Below the pieces are notes generated by a model. That model saw only the letters and a program-made list of their open reading frames with translations. It did not search any database and was not told where the DNA came from. A DNA stretch of 64,000 bases, taken from Candidatus Woesearchaeota archaeon (GTDB lineage Archaea > Nanobdellota > Nanobdellia > SCGC-AAA011-G17 > GW2011-AR20). This document shows, one piece after another, positions 58,667 to 64,000 of this stretch. The stretch lies in contig JACQNJ010000019.1 in assembly GCA_016203115.1 (NCBI GenBank), forward strand, positions 724 through 64,723, written 5' to 3'. Positions within the stretch are counted from its first letter, which is position 1. Each line of letters opens with the position of its first letter. Made by a program: the position numbers and the translations under genes.

Positions 58667-58751
58667 TGCGCGAGCCGAGATTCGAACTCGGGCCACTGCC
58701 TCTTTGCATAAGCATGGCAAGGCAATATAATAACCACTATACTACTCGCGC
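58667..58751 (-). tRNA. tRNA-Gly (GCC) with a 13-nt intron at 37/38
   Basis: Reverse complement GCGCGAG-TA-GTAT-AGTGGTTA-TTAT-A-TTGCC-TTGCCA[TGCTTATGCAAAG]A-GGCAG-TGGC-CCGAG-TTCGAAT-CTCGG-CTCGCGC-A. The D-loop is the classic AGUGGUUA. Confidence 0.75.
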
Positions 58752-58773
58752 TTAAACACCGACCAATCATTCA

Positions 58774-58785
58774 TATTTATAAAAT
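58774..58785 (-). promoter_or_regulatory. TATA-like box upstream of tRNA-Gly
   Basis: TTTTATAAATAT (minus strand) lies 23-34 nt upstream of the tRNA 5' end. Confidence 0.3.
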
Positions 58786-58808
58786 TAATTAAAACAGAAA
58801 CCCAGTTT

Positions 58809-60539
58809 CTAACAAGTAGAATAACATCCTTGTCCAGGTCTCCAGCACTTGCCAGAAGCTACACAACAATCATAATCTGATCCAGCCGCACAGTTCGCTT
58901 GACAAATTCCATCAGATGTAGCTGAACATGTTCCAAAGGTTAAACCGGAAGCATAACACCCGTAGCCATCATACCAAGTTTTACCAGAAGCAACACAACA
59001 GTCATAATCAGAACCAGCAGCACAACTAGATTGACAAATTCCATCAGATGTAGCTAAACACTGCCCTACAGTTGAACCTGCAGGATAACAGCCATATCCT
59101 TGATACCACACCTTACCAGAAGATGTACAGCAATCATAATCTGATCCAGCCGCACAAGTATTAGGGCATTGATAATCCGCATAATCATAACAAACTCCAG
59201 AATTCGGATAAGTAATGCTTGTATTTGAAAGTGAAGTAGTATTTCCAGAGGGTTGAGTAGTATTTCCTGAAGTGCCATTAGATAATTGACCACCCCCACC
59301 AGTATTATTGGCTGTAAGCAAAACACATCTATCAGTAGAATTATCTCTTCCATACCCCGGTTTACAAGCCCAGCAAGAATATACAGCCGAATTACAAGTG
59401 TAGTCAGTCCTTACAATTGTATTTGAATCATAAAGAGTATTGTAATTGTTTACCCTACAACCCACCCAAGGATATAAGTTAAATAAGTTCATAGCAGGAC
59501 AAGGAGGAACAGCAAGTTGATCTTTACATGTACCATTAATATATATGTTACAGCTAAAATAAGTATTCCTGACAAGACCATTTGGCGCGCAAGAATACTC
59601 AAGATTATTATTGTCAGTACTGCTCCCATAAGCGCATCTTGTAAGGCCTAATGGGCTGTCACAAACATTACTTGTAACTGTTCCCTTGGAAAAGTAATTC
59701 ATTCCGCTTGGGCTATTGTAGTAATCTGCTCCCCTATCATCACTATCATAACATCTTGAAACATTTGTAGGACAATCTCCAGAACAAGAGCTAGCCTCGT
59801 TTAACTCACAAAAACCATTTCCACACACAGGGGTTTTATAAGGATCAGATTCATCATTATCTGCAATATTTGCACAACCTAGATCAGTTGGATAATCTAT
59901 TTTGCCATCCCAGTCATTGTCTAAACCATTACCACAAGACATACCTGTTATATTGTATTCTTGTGTTTGATTATCTCCACCTTGAGTCTGGTTAGTTTCT
60001 CCTCCTGTTTGATTTTCTCCTCCTTGAGGTTGGTTATTTCCTCCTGTCTCATTCCCATGATTCTGAGATTGAGAACCTTCACCACTAACTTCTCCAGAAC
60101 AAGTTCCAACAAGATTTGTTCCATCTCCTGTATAAGTATAATTCGCACCAGTATTCAAATCAGTATAGCCTATAAGTACCTCATACTCATAGTTTTGCCC
60201 TAAAACACAACTTCCAACATCATAAGTCAGCACCATAGTATTTCCAGGAGATAGGGTAGCATCCTCCACAGGAACATCAACAGAATTAATCTTGACATTA
60301 TCTAACTTAACAGGAGAATCTAAATTATTTTTTAAAACAAAAGTATCATTTCCAACAGAAGTAACAGCATAATTCTTAAATCCAACTAGCGCCTTAGTAT
60401 TCCAAAAAAGTTTGCTTGTCTTGACAGAAGCATTTTCACCTACTCCAGGCAACCCACCCAAAGCTGCAACAACAATCAATGCAACAACAATAACAACACC
60501 TAGAATAATTAAATACTCAGTAGAAGTTTGACCCTTCAT
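58809..60539 (-). CDS. large Cys-rich surface protein with an archaeal class III (type IV pilin-like) signal peptide
   Basis: N-terminus MKGQTSTEYLIILGVVIVVALIVVAAL matches a prepilin-peptidase-type signal (KG|Q ... E+5). G/N/Q/T low-complexity linker. Three C-terminal tandem repeats, CAAGSDYDCCxxSGKxWYxGYGCY...TSDGICQ. Confidence 0.7.
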   Translation of the reverse strand: MKGQTSTEYLIILGVVIVVALIVVAALGGLPGVGENASVKTSKLFWNTKALVGFKNYAVTSVGNDTFVLKNNLDSPVKLDNVKINSVDVPVEDATLSPGNTMVLTYDVGSCVLGQNYEYEVLIGYTDLNTGANYTYTGDGTNLVGTCSGEVSGEGSQSQNHGNETGGNNQPQGGENQTGGETNQTQGGDNQTQEYNITGMSCGNGLDNDWDGKIDYPTDLGCANIADNDESDPYKTPVCGNGFCELNEASSCSGDCPTNVSRCYDSDDRGADYYNSPSGMNYFSKGTVTSNVCDSPLGLTRCAYGSSTDNNNLEYSCAPNGLVRNTYFSCNIYINGTCKDQLAVPPCPAMNLFNLYPWVGCRVNNYNTLYDSNTIVRTDYTCNSAVYSCWACKPGYGRDNSTDRCVLLTANNTGGGGQLSNGTSGNTTQPSGNTTSLSNTSITYPNSGVCYDYADYQCPNTCAAGSDYDCCTSSGKVWYQGYGCYPAGSTVGQCLATSDGICQSSCAAGSDYDCCVASGKTWYDGYGCYASGLTFGTCSATSDGICQANCAAGSDYDCCVASGKCWRPGQGCYSTC

Positions 60540-60704
60540 AGGATGTAATTTATCTTTTTGAATAAAATTCACCTCTTAAAACAAAAATAAAATGAAGTTT
60601 ATATACTTTCCTATGTTGCTCTGACCTCTCAAATATTTTTTAACTTATGTTAATCAATAAAATCAAGCAAACCTTTTTATATAAAACCAGATATAATCTT
60701 CTAA

Positions 60705-62066
60705 ATGATATATGATCTAGTAATTCTAGGTGGAGGAAGCGCAGGATATAGCGCAGCCATGACTGCATTAAAGTTCAAAAAGAAAGTTTGCATAATAGAA
60801 AAAGGTCCTTTTGGGGGCTTATGCATTCTAAAAGGTTGTATGCCTTCTAAAACATTAATTTATTCTGCAAGAATCAATGAAATAATAAAAAAATCAAAAA
60901 CATTTGGAATAGATATTAAAGGAAAAATAAACATAGACCCAGCCAGCATAATAAACAGAAAAAACAAAATCATTCAGGGATTCGCAGACTACAGAAAAAA
61001 TATTATAAAAAATAAAAGAGATATAAATTTAATATACGGAGAGGCAAAATTCATCTCAAAAAATGAAGTAGAAGTTAATAAAAGAGTAATAAAAGGAAAA
61101 AATTTCTTGATTTCTACAGGAAGCAAAGAATCAATACCGCCAATACTTGGACTAAAAGAAACAGGATATATAATTAGTGATGAAGCCCTAGAATTAAAAA
61201 AATTTCCAAAAAGCTTAGCAATATTGGGTGGAGGTCCTGTAGCAATTGAACTAGGTTATTATTTCAATGGGTTAGGAGTAAAAACAGCAATCATCCAGAG
61301 AAGCGAGCAAATCCTAAGCAATAATGATTTAGATTGTGCAAAAGAATTAGAAAATGCATTAAAGAATAAAGGAATTTCAATTTACACAAACACTTCAATA
61401 AAAAGTTTTTCAAAAAGCAATAAAGGAAAGAAAATAATTTTTGACCACAATAAACAAGAAAAAGAAATAATAGCCGATGAAATCTTAGTGGCATTTGGAA
61501 GAAAACCAAATTTAGAAGGATTAAATGTTGAAAAAGCAGGCATAAAACCAGAAAAAGGGCTAATAAAAAATAGCAATTATCTAGAAACAAACACAAAAAA
61601 TATTTACATTGCAGGAGATTCAAGTGCTAATTTAGCAGTTGTAAATGTAGCAGTTGAAGAAGGCAGAGTAGCAGCAACAAACATGTTTTCAAAAAATAAA
61701 GAAAAAATAGACTATAGTGCATTTCCAATGGCAGTCTTCTCTCATCCAGAATTTGCATGGATTGGTTTATCAGAAAAAGAGGCTGAGGAAAAAAAGATTA
61801 ATGTAAAGATAGGTAAGTTTTATTTCAAGGATTTAGGGAAAGCAGAATGCATAGACGAAACAGAAGGATTCATAAAATTCATAGCAGATAAAAAAACAAA
61901 TAAGATTTTAGGAGTAAGCATCGTAGGTCATGAAGCTTCTGACTTAATTCATGAAGCCATACCTTTACTATACTTCAAAGCAACATTAGATGACTTGAAA
62001 AAAATGCCCCATTTACATCCTACATTTGGAGAAATCTACAGCTATTTAGTAGATGAAATGATATGA
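60705..62066 (+). CDS. pyridine nucleotide-disulfide oxidoreductase (lipoamide dehydrogenase/glutathione reductase family)
   Basis: FAD-binding GGGSAG, redox-active GGLCILKGCMPSK, C-terminal HPTFGE dimerisation motif. Confidence 0.8.
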   Translation: MIYDLVILGGGSAGYSAAMTALKFKKKVCIIEKGPFGGLCILKGCMPSKTLIYSARINEIIKKSKTFGIDIKGKINIDPASIINRKNKIIQGFADYRKNIIKNKRDINLIYGEAKFISKNEVEVNKRVIKGKNFLISTGSKESIPPILGLKETGYIISDEALELKKFPKSLAILGGGPVAIELGYYFNGLGVKTAIIQRSEQILSNNDLDCAKELENALKNKGISIYTNTSIKSFSKSNKGKKIIFDHNKQEKEIIADEILVAFGRKPNLEGLNVEKAGIKPEKGLIKNSNYLETNTKNIYIAGDSSANLAVVNVAVEEGRVAATNMFSKNKEKIDYSAFPMAVFSHPEFAWIGLSEKEAEEKKINVKIGKFYFKDLGKAECIDETEGFIKFIADKKTNKILGVSIVGHEASDLIHEAIPLLYFKATLDDLKKMPHLHPTFGEIYSYLVDEMI

Positions 62067-62197
62067 AAACCTATAAATGCAATATCTGTGGATTTTTATA
62101 TAAAGACCAAGAATTAGCAAAGAAATGCTATACTTGGTGTAAAAAGCATAAAAGTTGTAATTCAGATATTGTAAAGCATTCTATAAATCTATCTTAG
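62063..62197 (+). CDS. small Cys-rich protein (44 aa), translationally coupled
   Basis: MKTYKCNICGF...CYTWCKKHKSC. ATGA overlap with the oxidoreductase stop. Confidence 0.4.
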   Translation: MKTYKCNICGFLYKDQELAKKCYTWCKKHKSCNSDIVKHSINLS

Positions 62198-62198
62198 T

Positions 62199-63257
62199 TT
62201 ATTGTAGACTATTATTTCTACAACAACCTTTACCATTTTTCCTATAGTCAAACATTACCTGTTTTTCAATAAGTCTTTTTAGAATTCCAGGAATAATGCC
62301 TGGAAAAACAAAATTTTTAGAGACAAAGATACCATTATAAGATCCTAGACTAATAACCAAAGGGGTTTTCTTAGAAACATATTTCACTAAACTCTTCCCA
62401 TTAATACCATTAATTATATTTTTACAAATAGTTTCAGCATGCCTTCTGGCATTTTGTGCAGTTCTCTCTTCATTTAAACTAACAACATCCCCTCCTACAA
62501 AAATAGAATCAGAAATTCTAAGATATTCATCAACTATCAAATACCCTTTAGCATCAAACTTAACATCAAAACCTTTAAAATCAAATTTCGAATTAGGAAT
62601 TATGCCAGTACAGATAAAAGCAAAATCAGCAACTAACTGCTTTCCTTTTTCAGTTAAAAAATTATTTTTTCCGAATTTTACAACTTTATCATCAAAAATT
62701 ATTTCACATTCTTTTTTTAATAAAAATTCTTTAGCATAATCTCCAACTTTCTCAGGATTTCTTTTTAATAATCTGCTCCCTTGTTCTATCAAAGTGACTT
62801 CCTTATTAGTGTAAGTCAATAATTCAGCTGCCATTTCAACACCTACAAGTCCTCCACCTATAACAAGTATGTGCTCAGCCTTCTCTATTTCATTATGAAA
62901 ATTAACCAAATCCTCAGACCTGGAAACAGCAGTTATTATATTAGATTTAAATGGAGATCTATAAATAGAGCCAGAAGACAAAATTAAATAATCATAATTA
63001 ATAATTTTATTATTAACTCTGACATAATCTTTAGTGACGGTTTCTACAGTGCCGATTATTATTTTAGCCTTTCTCAAATAGTCTTCATGTCTCACTCTAA
63101 TCTTATCCCTGTGTTCTATATCACAAACAACATGGGGAATACCAGGAGTAAATTCAAAATAATCCTTTGAATCAATAAGAATAACATCAAATTTTTTCTC
63201 AAGTTTCCTAGCACAATAACTCCCGCAGAATCCTCCCCCTACAATAACAACCACCAT
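62199..63257 (-). CDS. FAD-dependent NADH dehydrogenase-like (NDH-2/pyridine nucleotide-disulfide oxidoreductase)
   Basis: Two Rossmann GxGxxG motifs (IVGGGFCGSYCA, VIGGGLVGVEMA). Length 352 aa. Confidence 0.7.
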   Translation of the reverse strand: MVVVIVGGGFCGSYCARKLEKKFDVILIDSKDYFEFTPGIPHVVCDIEHRDKIRVRHEDYLRKAKIIIGTVETVTKDYVRVNNKIINYDYLILSSGSIYRSPFKSNIITAVSRSEDLVNFHNEIEKAEHILVIGGGLVGVEMAAELLTYTNKEVTLIEQGSRLLKRNPEKVGDYAKEFLLKKECEIIFDDKVVKFGKNNFLTEKGKQLVADFAFICTGIIPNSKFDFKGFDVKFDAKGYLIVDEYLRISDSIFVGGDVVSLNEERTAQNARRHAETICKNIINGINGKSLVKYVSKKTPLVISLGSYNGIFVSKNFVFPGIIPGILKRLIEKQVMFDYRKNGKGCCRNNSLQ

Positions 63258-63266
63258 AAAAGTAAA

Positions 63267-64000
63267 TCATTTTATAAGCTTTAAAAGAATTGCTTTTTGG
63301 ATAAACAATCTATTCCCAGCTTGATCCAAAACAATTGATCTTCTAGAATCTATAACATCTGAAGTTACTTCTTCTCCCCTCATAGCAGGTAGACAATGCA
63401 TAAAAAGAGCCTTTCCTGCTTTATTCATTAATTCAGAGTTAACCTGATATTTTTTTAACAGCTTTACTCTTTTTGTATGCTCCGATTTAGGAATCTGATA
63501 GGACATCCAAGAATCAACATAAACTATATTGGCGTTTTTAATTGCCTTGTTAACGTTTTGAGTAACTTCAATATTTCTAGAATTTTTCAAAACAGAATTT
63601 AAAGGTTGCATTTCTTTAGGACAAGCTATTGAAAGTTTAATGTTTAATTTAGAGCAAGCAAAAATCAAAGAATGTGTGACATTGTTTTTCGCATCACCAA
63701 AATAAGCTATTTTAATATTGCTTAATTTTCTTAATTTTTCTTTAATAGTCAACAAATCCCCCAAAATTTGGCATGGATGTTCATAGTCAGTTAAACCACT
63801 AATTACAGGTATTGAAGAATTTTTAGCTAGTTTAATCAAATCATCTTGAGAATACAATCTTGCCATTATAACATCAACATATCTTGAAACAACTTTTGCT
63901 GTATCCTCTAGAGATTCCTTTCCTTTTCCTAGAGGAGATCCAGCTAAATCGTAATATATAGTATGCCCACCGAGCTGATACATTGCCACTTCAAATGATA
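63267..64000 (-). CDS. argF: ornithine carbamoyltransferase (5'-partial, continues beyond the window)
   Basis: HCLP motif (HCLPAMRGEEVT) and HPCQ. The reading frame is open to the window edge, and the ORF-track start is an internal GTG. Confidence 0.75.
   Translation of the reverse strand, partial: SFEVAMYQLGGHTIYYDLAGSPLGKGKESLEDTAKVVSRYVDVIMARLYSQDDLIKLAKNSSIPVISGLTDYEHPCQILGDLLTIKEKLRKLSNIKIAYFGDAKNNVTHSLIFACSKLNIKLSIACPKEMQPLNSVLKNSRNIEVTQNVNKAIKNANIVYVDSWMSYQIPKSEHTKRVKLLKKYQVNSELMNKAGKALFMHCLPAMRGEEVTSDVIDSRRSIVLDQAGNRLFIQKAILLKLIK

Noticed and set aside
1-64000. Search for IS elements, integrases, transposases, rRNA genes, RNase P or SRP RNA
   Set aside because: No transposase or integrase-like ORFs and no inverted-repeat-bounded elements were seen. 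The only GC-rich non-coding islands are the five tRNA genes.

Overview
This AT-rich window (~30% GC) looks like a small-genome, DPANN-like archaeon, and is almost fully coding. Archaeal markers are ribosomal protein L15e, TFE, archaeal-type ProRS, Mre11-Rad50, SMC, XPD, and a giant protein with a class III (type IV pilin-like) signal peptide. Five tRNA genes stand out as GC-rich islands (Trp, Val, Arg, Gly, and a probable initiator Met), and all appear to carry introns, some long or non-canonical.

Housekeeping genes present: SMC, RNase HII, Dus, AlaX, a NYN-domain protein, ALDH, a class III aminotransferase, an M42 peptidase, ADP-forming acetyl-CoA synthetase alpha and beta subunits, malic enzyme, a P-type ATPase, Mre11/Rad50, a Nop2/Sun methyltransferase, a partial OTC, and two FAD oxidoreductases.

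The most interesting content is a surface and redox theme. A compact extracytoplasmic thiol-disulfide oxidoreductase cluster (Grx, DsbA-like, CcdA, a TlpA-like Trx, a CxxS Grx-like protein, and HtrA) sits beside several very cysteine-rich secreted proteins. One of these has an archaeal pilin-like N-terminus and three C-terminal Cys-repeat modules. A second, VKOR-partner-type Trx-like gene lies in an operon with a ferredoxin and the P-type ATPase. Separately, 6.2-14.4 kb is a block of secreted surface proteins (PKD repeats, C-terminal TM anchors). Two genes at 6205-8143 have an atypical, K-poor, GC-elevated composition that suggests horizontal acquisition.

No CRISPR array, IS element, or rRNA gene was seen.
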